A stretch of DNA of 63,519 bases, the filler included, from Choristocarpus tenellus KU-1152 (lineage: Eukaryota; Protista; Phaeophyceae): the NCBI GenBank assembly GCA_964200185.2. It is 15 parts of 15 records of this genome, joined end to end, with 100 filler letters (N's around TTAATTAATTAA, not from the genome) between each part and the next. Parts side by side here need not be neighbours in the genome. Positions count along the whole stretch, not along the records: positions 23,463 to 26,395 come from CAXNAD020023548.1; positions 26,496 to 31,142 come from CAXNAD020013648.1; positions 31,243 to 39,959 come from CAXNAD020004413.1; 12 more parts are not named here. One strand, given 5' to 3'. The translations under genes were made by a program, and so were the position numbers. Below are positions 26,381 to 39,959 of this stretch, piece by piece (the first letter of the stretch is position 1; each line of letters starts with the position of its first letter). Under the pieces are notes generated by a model. It saw nothing but the letters and a program-made list of their open reading frames with translations. It did not search any database and was not told where the DNA came from.

Positions 26381-28049
26381 GAAAAAGGCCACGTCNNNNN
26401 NNNNNNNNNNNNNNNNNNNNNNNNNNNNNNNNNNNNNNNTTAATTAATTAANNNNNNNNNNNNNNNNNNNNNNNNNNNNNNNNNNNNNNNNNNNNTAAGA
26501 CCGTTTTCGCAAAACAACCATCCTCATAGTCCCGCTCCTTCCTCAATTTTGAAAATCCACTGTTAGATGGATCCAAAGTTCATCACAAACAACAAATAAA
26601 TACTAAACACCAATCAACGTAGCTTAATATAATGTGTAACGACTTTTTAGAGGCTGCAAAGATTGATTTGTTGTTAGGTTGGAGGGATGGATGATGAAGA
26701 TGATATACATGGATGAAGAAGATATTCCATGAAGGGATGCTGTGAAACACATGTCTCGCGGAACTGTTACTTATTGCTTGTTGTTGTGCCTCCCTGATAT
26801 TTTCTGTTGTCTACAACAGCAGTCTATGGAAGGTTGGGGGCATTGTTTTAAATATTACTTCTTATTGTTATGCCCATAGATATTTTCCAGAAGATATGTC
26901 AGGGGAGGGAAAATAAGACAGGCCATAAAAAACTAGGAAACAACCCTTGCTATGACATTTCGAACATGTGATAGCAGTTAGATATTTCTAACACACTTTC
27001 TTCGAATCATCTGTGCTAAAAAATACTTTATTAGCGTACAAAAAAATTATCCCTTGTAGGATTCTTACCTTAGCTGGCTGTATCCCTCTTCATCTTTTTG
27101 ATTTCGATGATTGGAATAAAGGGGGCGAAAGAATGTGTAATTTTTTTTTTTATATTCCCACATGTATTTGAGGTTCTTTGGAAGGAATTTGATCGGCAGT
27201 CTGATTCAAATATTTTCTATCCATAGTCACCAACTATCTTAACATGATCGGGACACGGACCGGACTGGTACCAACATGGTCAGGCTGCAGGCTGGTCTAG
27301 TACCATTATATTCAGACAGGGTCGGCTCATGATCGTCAACTGTTTCAACATATTCCATGGTAACTAACTACCTGGACTGATGAAATGCCCTCGTCAAAAT
27401 AGCCGACACCTGACATATTGTTTTTTTTCCTTCAGTCGAACGGGGTCGGGAAAGTAGTCCAGTTGGGATTCAAACCAATGACGTACACCTCTGATTTTGT
27501 TCATACAATGCTACTCTGAATTACTACTCCTCCACCTGGGTAGACAGTCGTAAAAGTGTGCATCTTGCCAGAACAGTGGTATCTAGAAAATGACTGCCGG
27601 TGGATACTGTGATATAGTGTGGAGTACTGCTAACAAAATTTTGCTTTGAAACACAACTTATTCAACTGAAGGAAAAAAAAAGTCATGAAGCGAAAAAAAT
27701 GTTGAACCAATCTTGTTTACCTTTGTTTCCAACAAAATTAATCTCACATGGAAAGTCAGCTCTTTTAATGAAAACTACAACGTGATAGTGTTCCTTCATA
27801 CACAGGGAGATTTTACTCTAGCTGACACATCCTGCTGACACAAAAAAGGGCTCCTTACATCACTATCCCCAAAACACTGATCGTTTCTCCTGCGGAGAGA
27901 GACTTCCACCACCACCCTGCTGTCAACAGAGTTAGAGCAAGAAAGGAGCCCGGCACATCTCTCCCCACATTTCCTACCCGATACATCCATCCTCTCTCCA
28001 TATATATACCTTGGTAACCCACAAGTAAGACACCCATCACTCCAGTCCC

Positions 28050-29923
28050 TCACAACCATGGCGCCCAACCAGGGTAAAGGCGGCACAGGTTCTCTTGATC
28101 TCTGGCCTGGTTAACTAAGAGTTTCACTTGTCCCTCCACACTCAAAGCATCACCATTAGGGTCCTCATATCCCTGCAGCTTGTGTTTGATGCGAGCAAGT
28201 GCTCGCTGTGCCGCATCCCCCCCAACCCCTGATGCCACCTCTTCCGCTGCAGCCCCTCCACTAGCAACCCTATTCTCAGATCCAGTGGCACCACTCCCAC
28301 TCCCCTTATCCTCATCCTGTTGTCTCTGCCGGGCTGCGAGTGGAGAGAGCATCCACCGGTACAATGGATCATGCAGAAGGACCTCTAAGATAGTGAGCAC
28401 ACTAGCAGTATCAGATCGTAAGACGCGCATTGTTGCCTCGCAGGAGCGTCGGAATGCACCCTCTGTTCCCGTGATTCCCATGCCGTCAACAACATCCCTT
28501 GTCAACCGAAAGGGGACAGTCTCAGGAGTGGAGAGAGCCTTGCCTTGTTCAAATGTGACACCAAAGTCGATGTGTACCACCTCTGCTGTTCGCTGGTGCA
28601 CTAGGATGTTGTGAGCGTGACGATCCCCGATGCCGAGAACATAGCCCACAATCGAGCTTGCTGCTGCACTCCTGAGCTCGTGGGCAATTGGGGAAGAGGG
28701 GCATGGGGTATTGAGGGAGGGCGGGGCAGGGAAGGGAGTAATAATACTTGTTGAAGGTGCCTTGATGTGTCACCCTGAACAGAAGGGTCACAAGCTTACC
28801 TTTTGTTTCTTGTTAGGTTGTAGGGTTAGGGTTTATGGGGAGAGTGTCATGCTAGCGGCAGTAGCACCCTACAGAGAACAATTTTGTGGTGGGGGCCTGA
28901 GTGCAGTCTTCCTTTCTCACCGCAAACACTTGCACTGGCTCTATTCGGTGCAACTTTGAACGTTCGCTACGTTTGATGAGGCTAGAGGGTGTGTCAATGG
29001 CCATTCCTCCACTCTTGGGTGCAGGTATCAACCAAGATCTCTCTCGCAAACTACAGTACAATAAAATATTCGTTTTTGTAATCTTTGTCGCAATAGATGG
29101 TAGGCTTGCCCCCAATAGTCTTCTGGACTATTCCTTGGGTTGACCTCCCAACATCTCTTACACTTTGAAACAGAAATGCCCCTGCCTCCCTGCTTAACCT
29201 TTTCTGGGTCACCTCCCTCCCCAAAGTAATGCCACCTCATTGCCCTCAATCACCAGTATCACCAGCTCACAAAATTGTCTCTATATGCAGTCTTTGGTAA
29301 GGTACACAAAATACCTCCTAATGGAGTGGTCGATACTACTACAAAAAAACATGTTCACATTCCTATATTATTATTATTACGCCCTCTGACATTTTACAGA
29401 TGTGTAAAGGGAAAATTCAACAAAGGCCGTTCAAATGTCGGAATAGACCCTAAAAAAATAACACTTGTCATAAATGTGAAAAGCATTCATCTATTCCTAT
29501 TGCCCGTGCTCAGCGGCATGAAGTCCCTTAGCCAAATAGGGTCAAACCTCAGGAGAGGGCAGTGCATGGGCAAGAAAGATGAGACGACAGCAGGTGATGT
29601 AAGCATTGAGGAGAACAGAATACCGAGGAAATATATGTGGGTAACTCCATGCAGACCAAGACACCAGCCCATCGCTCTTGGGCATCACACCACAAGAGAT
29701 CCAGTCCGAAATCTGCTAATTCAAATGCCACAGACACTCAGCCCATCCATACCCATCTTCTTGCCTGGTAAATGTCAGCCTGCTGTTGTACCATGTGAAG
29801 GGCTCCGGAAAATTCTCAAGGAAGAAGAATCGAAAAGCTGGGTGGAAATTTTCCTCCACATCTGCGAATGCTGCCCTTTTGTCCTGCGCGGTCTTGAGGT
29901 GATTGCGGCATTTGGCATGGGAC
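28050..29923 (-). CDS. ATM: ATM/Tel1-type PIKK kinase, last two exons (29765-29923 and 28050-28671): kinase domain plus FATC
   Basis: [28 protein letters not shown]|[23 protein letters not shown]...HIDFG...[11 protein letters not shown]...LLHDPLYRW...[31 protein letters not shown]. The junction uses a GC donor (AG|GCAAGA). Confidence 0.92.
29370..29502. repeat. Dispersed repeat in the ATM intron, shared with 39757-39890
   Basis: ttattattacgccctctgacattttacagatgtgt...cataaatgtgaaaagcattcatctattcctattg aligns to 39757-39890. Confidence 0.75.
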
Positions 29924-30687
29924 CTGATGATGGCGAAGATGAAATACAGAGCCAGTGCAGCAACGTTAGGTAATAATCGGGGGGGGGAAGGAGAAACTCC
30001 TACCAAAATTATGTACAAGACGGAATTCTATTTTCTATTGTAAATGAAGGATGTAGTACTACACAATACGTATTATATTTACAAAATAAAAATGCACCCG
30101 AAAAAAAAAATCAGTGTGGTGTGAACATGAACACATCACATGAAATGTATATATTAAAAATATTCTACAAAGCATCAGAGGTAGTGTTGTGTGGATGTCC
30201 CTCAAGATAATCACATTTCAATGGTCTATCAACAAACCTTTGGAGACGTAAGTTATGAATATAAATGATATAAATGATTGATCTAGGAACAGATAGTTTC
30301 ACCGATTGTGTACCTTACTCACATTTAGGAACTCACATTTAGGAACTCACATTTCACCACGACTGGAGTTCAAACTGGAGGGCTTGTACATCTAACGATA
30401 CATACACACTATTTCATTGATAGTCAATTCCAGCATTAACTATTTCTGGTGCATTGAGGCATGCACAGGTCTACTGGCTAAGAATAGGGGTTTCGGTTTG
30501 CACCGACCTCCCACTAATTAGGAACTTCCCAATTTCCGCGCGCTAGAAAACCGTTAGCCTTCAGAACGGTATGACATCATGATATTTACCACTTATAGTA
30601 TAAACGACGACGATATCGGTGTGACCACACTGTTCTTCACTACGATATCACTATATATTGCAACCCTATTTCAAATGCTTCACTGCC

Positions 30688-30688
<1 letters not shown>

Positions 30689-30724
<36 letters not shown>
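30689..30724. repeat. (CA)n microsatellite
   Basis: About 18 CA units. Confidence 0.95.
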
Positions 30725-30726
<2 letters not shown>

Positions 30727-30778
30727 GCTTCTGACAAAATAAAATAAAGTAAAGAGTTAAAGTAGACTAAAATAAAAT

Positions 30779-31023
30779 TAAGAGGGTAGAGTCGCGTCCA
30801 TTTGGGAACCAAAATCCAATGTTGCAATTTGATGTAATTTTGGGTATCGTGTTTGTGAAGAGATTTCAATGTTCTTGTTCCAGACACACCTTTTCATAAA
30901 GTATACATTTTACCCACTTCGAAACATTTTGGAGTAGGTAGAAAGTCATTAAAAACCCGTGGGAACCCAAACCCCAAATGGACAAACAGGGCAAAATTTG
31001 TACACTCTAAGATACTTTCACTC
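30779..31023. mobile_element. MITE family A, one terminus eroded
   Basis: taagagggtagagtcgcgtccatttggg...ctctaagatactttcactc. Confidence 0.85.
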
Positions 31024-31916
31024 AAAATAAAATAAAATATCAGAATCAGAGTACAAATAAAGTAAAACCCTAACCCTAACCCCCTTCAAGCTGAAAAGTC
31101 ACCTGTGCTGAGGTCACCAGCTTGTCTAGGCAGTGTCGAGATNNNNNNNNNNNNNNNNNNNNNNNNNNNNNNNNNNNNNNNNNNNNTTAATTAATTAANN
31201 NNNNNNNNNNNNNNNNNNNNNNNNNNNNNNNNNNNNNNNNNNCTTGATGTTGTGGTTGCTCTGTTAGTAACAGGAGTGGGTACATTGAGCTGGGGGGAGG
31301 AGGGGGGGGATAACCCTTTTTCAAAGCTGCCCATTGGTTATCATCAAGAGTCTAGCTCGATACAAAAATGAACAAAAAATAAATCTTCAGCTAGAGAGTG
31401 ATGGGCCATGAAAATGAGGAGCAGTGGATGAAAGGGGGTGTATCGCCACATTTTCGGACAGAAGAAGATATAAGAATTAGGGTTAGGGTTCGGCTATTCT
31501 GGACAACGTAATTGGTGCCTCCTTATATAAAAACTGCTTATCTTCATCGTTGTTTGGGAACTCCGTTGCGGAATCTTTACAGGATGGTGACTTGTGGGGG
31601 GTGAATTCATTGCTGTATATTATCTTTCACATGCCATATGCGTTGAAACGAGAACAGACTTTCCTTGGAGGAAGTAGGATATGAAGATTTTAGGTATTCT
31701 TTTCAACTCCTCACACAGATTTTCTCACATGGATTAACCCCTTTGATTCAATTCTGGAAATCACAAAGGCTATATCGGAACACAGAACAATCCATGGATA
31801 TCCAAGCGAAATTTTGGGAGGTCGAGGAAGGGATTCTATGGCATAGACACATGCCAAGTAGGTACTCGAGGGGGTAGACTTTGTGAGCCTTAGGTCAGAA
31901 AGGAGTACTGTTGAGT

Positions 31917-32174
31917 GAGTGAAAGTATCTTAGAGGGTATGAGTTTTGCCCTGTTGGTCCATTCGGGGCTTGGCTTCCCTCAGGGTTTTTACGACATTTT
32001 TCTACTCCGAAATATTTTGGAGTAGGTAAAGCGTAAACGTCATGAAAAGGTGTGTCCAGAACAAGGATATCGACACTTCCCAACTAACACAATAGCCAAA
32101 ATTACATCAAAATCGCAACATTGGATTTTGGCCCCCAAATGGACGCAGCTCTACCCTCTAAGATACTTTGGCTC
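31917..32174. mobile_element. MITE family A, full length, no TSD visible
   Basis: GAGTGAAAGTATCTTAGAGGGTA...TACCCTCTAAGATACTTTGGCTC. Confidence 0.9.
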
Positions 32175-32459
32175 TTTTGTGAGAGTCACCGAAGGGCAAA
32201 AGGGGGTACGAAAAAAATACAAAATAGTAGATGACAGGGAGTGCTCCACCGTGCTCCACACCAAAACGGGGATGATCTTGCGCATTGTTCGATATGCAGA
32301 TAACATATTTTCTTTTTTAATCACTTTGTAACCCCCTTCGAATAAAAACAAGTACGGGTATATCTTACTCTTGCCCACTCTTCGAAAATGAATTGGAAGA
32401 TCGGGTTTCCACATGCAAAAAAGTGGGTGTCTACAAGCACGAGTTGGACCTCCCCTGCA

Positions 32460-32646
32460 GGCTCAAAGTATCTGGGGCAGGGTGGCGGCTGTCCATTTGG
32501 GGTCCATTTTTCCATGTTGCGATTTTTAGGTGATTTGGTTGGATGTGTTGGATGGATAATGTAAGTGCACTTTTCCCAGCCAGGTCCCAAATGGACACCC
32601 TGGTGTAGATCCCCCCACCCCCCCCCACCCCAGATACTCTTCAGCC
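32460..32646. mobile_element. MITE family B, full length, 4-bp TSD TGCA
   Basis: tgca|GGCTCAAAGTATCTGGGG...CCCCAGATACTCTTCAGCC|tgca. Confidence 0.9.
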
Positions 32647-33824
32647 TGCATGGTACAAATTTCTCGTGTGAGGTTTTACTCTAGAGTAATTAGCAAGTAC
32701 CTACTCAGTGAAATGCTAGTGATGATATCGTTTAGATGTATGGTATAACTGTTTTCTTCCCCTGATGAACAACGCCACCAAATATTCAGGATGTCTGTGT
32801 TGTTAAAAAAAAAATCTTCAAAAAGAAAATGTATTTTATCCACAACATGCAAGACTCAATAGGTTGGAAAAGAGCTAAAAAATAAAAATACTCCTCTGAA
32901 AGGTTACTGCCCTATTGAACGTGAAGGGTACTGCAGCCTCACTCTGCCGCCCAAACAACCACCACACAATTCGATGACATGGCGGCAAGAAGTGGACACT
33001 ACACCTTTGCCAGTTTGTTGCACATGACAGTGCCATTAACATCGTTTGAGCTTCAATTATTGAAATGTGTTAAAAAAATCTTGAACAAATCTACAGAGCA
33101 TTGTCCACAAACAGCGTTTGCGAGTACTGAAGCTCCCTCCAGAGCACTGTGCTCCAAAATGTTGAACTGGCAGCGATTTCTTGTGTATCAGGAAGTCAGG
33201 ACAGTAGTCTAAAAATCCCAGGTCTCATCTTAGGTACATTTGTGTTGATATCAATACGATGTCATCAATGTGGAGACCAAGCAAAAACCGTTCGGATGAG
33301 GATATTGGACCTAATGCCTACATTAATTCTGTTGCAAATGTCGCTTTTTCAATCGTTCCGCAGAAAAAAATACGTATCTTCCACGGGAATACTGACCTCA
33401 ACTTGGGGACCGAACTTGTGTTGGCACCCAGCAGGAGTCTTTTGGTGCATTTACAGTAGCAAAGGGGTCGAATTCTTGTTGATGGTTTCTCCTTATATCA
33501 TTTTATATAGTTATATCTACATTTAAATCAAGGGTAGACAGCATGTTCCAGCAGAACAATTGCATAGCATAGTTAAAACTGGTATATATTGCAGTGATGG
33601 CTTGCCCCACCCACATCTAATTGCAAATAGATGTTGAGGAATGGTCTTGAGAAGGCGGAATCTTGCTGAGATGAAGTTGCTCCGCACACATCACTATCGC
33701 TCGAGGAATGTATCTGTGGCTATCTACAAACAGATCTAAGGCCTTGAGGAATTAATTACATTGTTTCCATTGTTTCAACAGGAATAAAAGTGAACGCGCC
33801 CCACAATCAGTATGTTTTTCTCAC

Positions 33825-36800
33825 CAGAACAAGGCCTAGGGGAAGGACTGGCCGTCCGACCCCTGTGCCGTCCCGTTCCTGGACCCTCTGTAGTCGATGG
33901 CCTGTGGTTGAGAGAATCTATTGACCAGCGCCCTTGTTGAGACAAGCCCCTCTGCTGGTGTCTCACCTTTTGCTCCTCCTCCTCCTTGCCCCTTACCCTA
34001 CCCCTGCCCCTGCCCCTGCCCGTGCCCGTACCCCTGCCCCCACTACTGTCTGCATCCCTGCTTGCTCTCTCTCGTCCATGATGCTGTTGTTGTTCCCTTA
34101 CAGTTAGTGATGGAGGTGTAACTCTGTGTGAAGTCCCACTCACTCTGCCACTTCTAATATCCCTTCCTCTACCACCTTGACCGCTGTTCCTGGCTATGTC
34201 CCTAGCTATAACATTCCGCCGATGGTGAGATGCAGTCTGCATTTGCGATTCCCGAGAGGGCCCCAATCCCATTATCCTTTGTTGCTGCAAGAACCGAGCT
34301 GCACCAGATGATCTATCATTGATTTCCCCACGACGTTTTCCCCGGGATGGGTAGGGAGATCCTGACCTGTGGTTAGGCACCCCGCCTCTGACACCCAGGC
34401 TCCTTCCATCACGGGCCCTGGGATCAGGTCCATGGGTTCCGTGTCCGTTTGGGTTGATTGGAGATTTTTGTGAAGGTGTCAAAGTCGAGGGCATTGTAGC
34501 TGACCTCCGACCTGCAACTCCAACAGCGTAATTCCCGATTCCCCGTCTCCCTTCCCCTGTACAACTACCTGCACCTGCCCCTCTGCTCCCCACAATGCTT
34601 ACAAGTGAAGCAGCTTCAATGTCAGAGCTGCTACGGGATGTCGGATTTGCCCACCGGTCCCCACTGTTGCTACTATTTATCCCTCCCCATCCCACTGTGT
34701 CAGGTAGTCTTCCATTGGCCATGCACTTAGGACCTCCTACCTGATGGTCATTCATTCCATTAGAACCAACCACAGACTTACGATGGAGACCTGTGGGTGT
34801 TCCTGGCCCTACATTATTGCCCAAGCCCATAGTAGAGACTGGAATGCTATTTGCATCCAAAAAGGAGCTGCCAGCCCTAGTGAATATTGGATCTTCCACT
34901 GATGTGGAGAGCTGAGGATTGGTTGTACCCCTCGGAAGAGAACCACTTCCTTTCTTGTCTGTCTCCGGCCCTCTTCGGGGACCACCTTGCTGGTGCTGAT
35001 ACTGGTACTGGTGATGGTGTTCCTGATAATAGGTGGGCAAACTGGGGTCAGGATGTAGCTACAACAATTGTGTCGTGGCTATGTTAAAGGAATTAAAGTT
35101 AGAGGCATTCAATTTGAGCTCAAACTTTGAATAAGAGATGCTGGAATCTACAAGACCGTTGAGTAGAAACAGCAGAGGTAAGAATGTTGTATTTGAAGAG
35201 CTCACCCGATCGTTACTCTCAAAACCATGAGTGACCCTTGCAGCACGGATATTGTATGTTGTTGAGTGGTTGTGGCCGCCACAAGGAGATGCACCAGCAT
35301 TTGGGGGGGATCCTCCAACATTGATCGCCTGTTGCCCATGATAAACAATACGGCTACTACCCCACTGAGTCCCCTGATCTTGATAATTGCGCAATTGAGG
35401 AGTTGACCCGGAAGGCACAAGCCCGCGAGCTGGGTTATTGGCTACAGAGGATGACACCCCAGAGACAGGATTGTGGGGCATGATTAGAGACGAATTGTTG
35501 CTTCCCCTAATATCACTACTAGCACAGTCGGTCGAGATCCTTCCATCGTTAGTAGCAGTTGGTGCGTCTGAAGATATAGATAGGTCATCCAGACGCTGAG
35601 AAGGAGCGCTGGTTGGTCGTTTTCGGCAAAGTGCATCTTCCTCATTCCAAGGGTTTTGATTTTGCTTGTTATTCTGGTGATGATGTTGGTTCCTTCGCTC
35701 CTGACCTTCTGTGTGCTGCCGCTGCTCATGTGGAAGGTTCATTTGCTGCCCCTAACATTGGAAAAATAGGTTTGCTATTATAAAGTAGTTGTTTGTTGTG
35801 CCACCTGTTGATCATAGAGAGGCGCTATCTGAGCTCACAGTTGTATGCAAGATCAAGGGCTCGGCAGACTTGCAAACGTGATCTATGTCAGAGCAACCAA
35901 TTTTGCTCTTTGTTTGCTGGCAGAGAGTCTTCACAGAGATTCACCTGCTTGAGTTGATGTTGCTGCTGCTGTTGCTGCTGCTGTTGCTGCTGCTGTTGCT
36001 GCTGCTGCTGCAATAGTCGAGGAGAGGGAGTTCGGCGTTGCTGTGGGTTTGGTGCTTGCGCCAGCTGCTGCAAATTGCTTCTTGCTCCTGATACTAAGAA
36101 TGAATCTTGCTCATGTGCTCGACCCCATACAATCTCTGACTTTCCATTGCAATGTTCCCCCCCTCTCCTTTCACCCTCTCCATAGCCCGCGCGGTCACAC
36201 TCTAGACCAAACCTCCTTTCTATTGCGTCCTCTGGACCCCAACCAGGTCTTGCAGATCTCACATCTGTCATGCTTGTGCACTCGCCACCACCCTTACTCC
36301 CAGTTCCTTGCTCAGAGACAGGATTTTTGTCTGCTGAGTGCAGTAGATCGTCTGAGGAGGCATGTGCAAAGCTGGGTGTCTGAACACGGGCAGCATCTTC
36401 ATCTATAGTGCTCCTCCGGTCACCGCCAGTTTCTCTTCTGCGCAAATCCTTACAGACAGGAATCCTGTTGCGTGTTGCATGTTCCAGTGTTCCTCCTCCC
36501 TCCAGTTTTGATTTTTGAGATTCAAAAAGCTTACCCCCCTTTCCAGTGTCACTCCTCAAGACAGCTCTTCCCTGTGTGTTTTCACCCTTGGAGTCTCTAG
36601 TCCCAGAGACTCCTTCTACCAGCTTTGTAGTGGGAATAGTCAAAGACCCATCCTCGCCCCTCCCCTCCAACAGTCCCTGGCCGTGTTCCTGGACTGGTAG
36701 TAATTCTTGGCCCTGTCTTGGATGCAGATCCTCCTCCCATTCCTGAAGAAGAGGCCTCTCATTTTTTCCTGAGTCCCCGTGACATCCTCCTAACCTCTTT

Positions 36801-39172
36801 GTTGTATGCTTGTCCTGACTGTCAGGTAAGTTCCAACATGCCTCTGCACCTCCCTCAGCTGAACGGTGGCGTGTATCCTTCAGAAGTGGGGTAAAAATTT
36901 TTTCTGCACCATCTTCTGTTGGGGCTGCACAATTTACAATGGAAATTTCATTGTTCACCTGTCCCCTCACTAGTGGACCTGTTCCTACTTCACTGTGTCC
37001 ACTACAAATTCCTGACATCAACTGCTTCTCTACTTGGTAGCATACTGTAGAAATTGGTCCATTCTTGCATGGTATAGCCTCTCCAGTGGTAGGAGCTAAG
37101 GCAATGGCTGCTGCTGACAGTTGTGCTCTTGCTACCATATCAGTGCCTCTCACGTTCTTCTCTTCAACCACCTGAAGAGATGCACGTTTTGTCATCTCAG
37201 CCCCATCCATGACCCCTTGCATCTCCTCCTCCCCAACTCCACTCTGTCCTCGTCTGACTCCAATTCTAGCATGGAGAGGAGGCTGCCTATCTGCAGAAGT
37301 AGTCCTACACCCTGATATGGTCCTGGGATTGTGGCAGTTTTCGCGGTCCTCTGGCGGTGAGTCTGATCCAGAGCCCTTACTCCAGTGATCAGAGCGCACA
37401 TCACTGACATCTTCAATGACAACTTCATCCTCTGCCCGTCCACCACCACCACCCACCACCGACCCCCCACCTCCTCGCCCAGATAGATCATTTTGTGTAG
37501 CCTCTCCTCTACCTCTCCCAACAATTGCAGGCCCATGTTGTTCTGCCTCATGGACTGATTTACCTGCTGACAGAGGGCCAACAGTGAAACAATGCACATT
37601 CCCCTGCAAGTCCCTATCTGCCTGTAATGGGGATAGATCAACTTTCTTTCTAGTTGAGGCGACCTTCTTGAGGATGCTCTTCAGAGGTTCAGCTGGTCTT
37701 GTTGCTCTGTCAGGGGAAAGTGCACTATATGAGGAATTGGAAGGTCGTTCTGGAACAGGGTGCCCTGTATTAGGGGACACAGGGACACGATGAGTGTGCC
37801 TCTCGTTGAGCCCAATTCGTCCAGCTGCCAGGAGTTTGTCGATGCGTGGCTGATCAATCCAGTGAAGCTCGGTTGGTGGGTGGACCTCGAAATTTGTGCA
37901 ACCTGATGGCAGGGCGTCAATAAGTGGCTGGCCATTAAGGAAAGAGTGCACCAGCACCAGCTCTTCTGCCTCCACTTCATCGAGATCTTCCCATGGCAAC
38001 AACAGTGGTGAAGTGGTTGAATCACCCATTTTCCTATCTTCAGGTCTCATACCCCCATGGACCTCATCATGCCCCCAAGGGAAATGTGACTCAATATGAA
38101 GGAGAGCAGCAGGTGGCACCCATTGGTCATGACGGAGAAGTTCCCTTTGAGGGGGCTCCTTACCATGTCCATACCACTGTGTGCATAGGCGCAGGTCAAG
38201 ATGGTAGAGCTGCAGGGTAGGAGGGGTAGGGAAAATTCGTAACACCTATTGACTGGGCTATACAGCAAAAGCAGGATGCAAAACATTTTCGGAGCCACAG
38301 CAAAGATGCAAAAGGAGTGATCGAATTTAACCCTACTTCTTATCAAATATCTTACCGGCTGTGTGTATAACAACACACCTGCTGTAAGAAACCTGGGTTC
38401 GGAGCTGCATCTAGTCGTTTACTGCACAGGAAATCAAGTGCTTTCTCAAAGCCCCAACGATATTTATACATTAGGAAGGCCGCCAAGCAAGCGATGCACC
38501 GGCTTGTGCCGTCCATGGAGTGTACGAGAATGCTGTCCCCTGCCTCCTGCGCCTCATCTATGAAGCTGGTAATCTTGTGTTCATAAGTTTGTCGAATTAA
38601 GGTGGGTAAAGGGCAATGTTGAGACTCTTGAACGTCGATCCGTTAATTATATTAAGTATTACAAAATAGAGCAATCCATAATTATAGTACGTGCGTCTTA
38701 TAATAATTCTTGGCAGCATTTTGTCTATCTCCATCTTGATCCATTCTACAGCGAACCCAGATTAAAAGTAATTGAACCTTTCTGGGTACTTCTAGAAGAG
38801 TGACTGTTCCATAATATTTATATATATGTACATACTCTAGAGACTGTATCTCGAAGCATGAATCCAAGACATGATGACATGATCCAACTATGATATCCCA
38901 CCAGGGATGTGCTTAGAGTCCTAGTTGACAGACAATGCGATAATCTCACACACCTGCTTGATGACAACATTTCCCCCATCGAACAGCATGCAGTCCGGCG
39001 TGGAGTCCCAGGGAAAGGTGAGATATCTGAGTCCATGTTGCTCCCAAAGATTTGGGAGCTGCCGTCCCGCACAATTGATGACATATGTCACCTTGTTGAG
39101 CTCAATGAACTCCGGATCCTGTGATGCCTCCGCATCCCCAATGAAGAGACCATCCTTAATTTTCGTAGCCAT
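33825..39172 (-). CDS. Dual-specificity phosphatase-fold protein (predicted pseudophosphatase) with a long disordered C-terminus; exons 38954-39172, 38379-38573, 35945-38209, 35206-35751, 33825-35058; last exon uncertain
   Basis: MATKIKDGLFIGDAEASQD...VINCAG...ITSFIDEAQEAGDSILVHSMDGTSR...AAPNPGFLQQL is a DSP domain. All four introns are phase-0 GT-AG, giving ~1486 aa up to the last resolved donor. Confidence 0.85.
35955..36012 (-). repeat. Coding CAG/CAA polyglutamine tract
   Basis: Encodes a run of about 17 Gln at the end of exon 3. Confidence 0.9.
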
Positions 39173-39889
39173 AATTCAAGAGAAACGTCCTTTAATATCC
39201 CCTTTATTCTCTCCTCGTTTTGGTTGTTGACCAACCAACTGTCGATGATCTATGGTTAGATCCAGCGGTACCTTCCACGCGATGACGACTGCCCATGACG
39301 GATTGACCTATGGTCACCTATTGCACCAATTGTGAAGGCGATACAAAGGTGTTCAACCAAAATACTCAAGTAAACTCCAGTTTCCCCATTAATTTAACAA
39401 AGATGAGAGTAGAAGGTCTATAGCAAACTTGACGAAGTGCCATCAATCTCTATACAACTACCAATGTGAACTTGGATGCAAATTTCAACTTCTCCCCCCT
39501 TCGTGTAGAACATTTAATATGAGGGAACGGTTTCGTCGAAAAGGCGTTGGTGGATGGTATTGTTCAGGATTTAATATATATATATATGGCTTTTTTTCAT
39601 GACACATTTACAAAATCTCGAAAAACATACTAATATAAATATGGTAAATGAAGAACACTAATACTTGTCTGAAAAATTCCGGGAAAAAATCGATAGATGA
39701 GTTCACTTAATAATAAAAAGTTTTAAATGTCCACTAAACAGCAAGTCCTTAAACTTTATTATTATGCCGTCTAACATTTTACAGATGTGTCAGGAAAAAA
39801 ACAACGAAAACTATTCACATGTTGTCAGAAAAATCCCTTAAAAAGTAACAGTTGCCATAAATGTGAAAGATATTAATCTATTTACTATT

Positions 39890-39959
39890 GGGTCAAAGTA
39901 TCTGGGGGGGGGGTGTCGGCGTCCGTTTTTCACCCTTTTTTCGATTTTCACTTTTTTGG
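39890..39959. mobile_element. MITE end (C-related) at contig end
   Basis: GGGTCAAAGTATCT-polyG-TGTCGGCGTCCGTT. Confidence 0.75.

Noticed and set aside
28180-28614. 144-aa plus-strand ORF, and similarly 29275-29973 and 36043-38220
   Set aside because: These are antisense shadows of the ATM and DSP-like coding exons.
23878-39172. Enkurin, ATM and the DSP-like gene as a functional gene cluster
   Set aside because: They lie on different contigs joined artificially.
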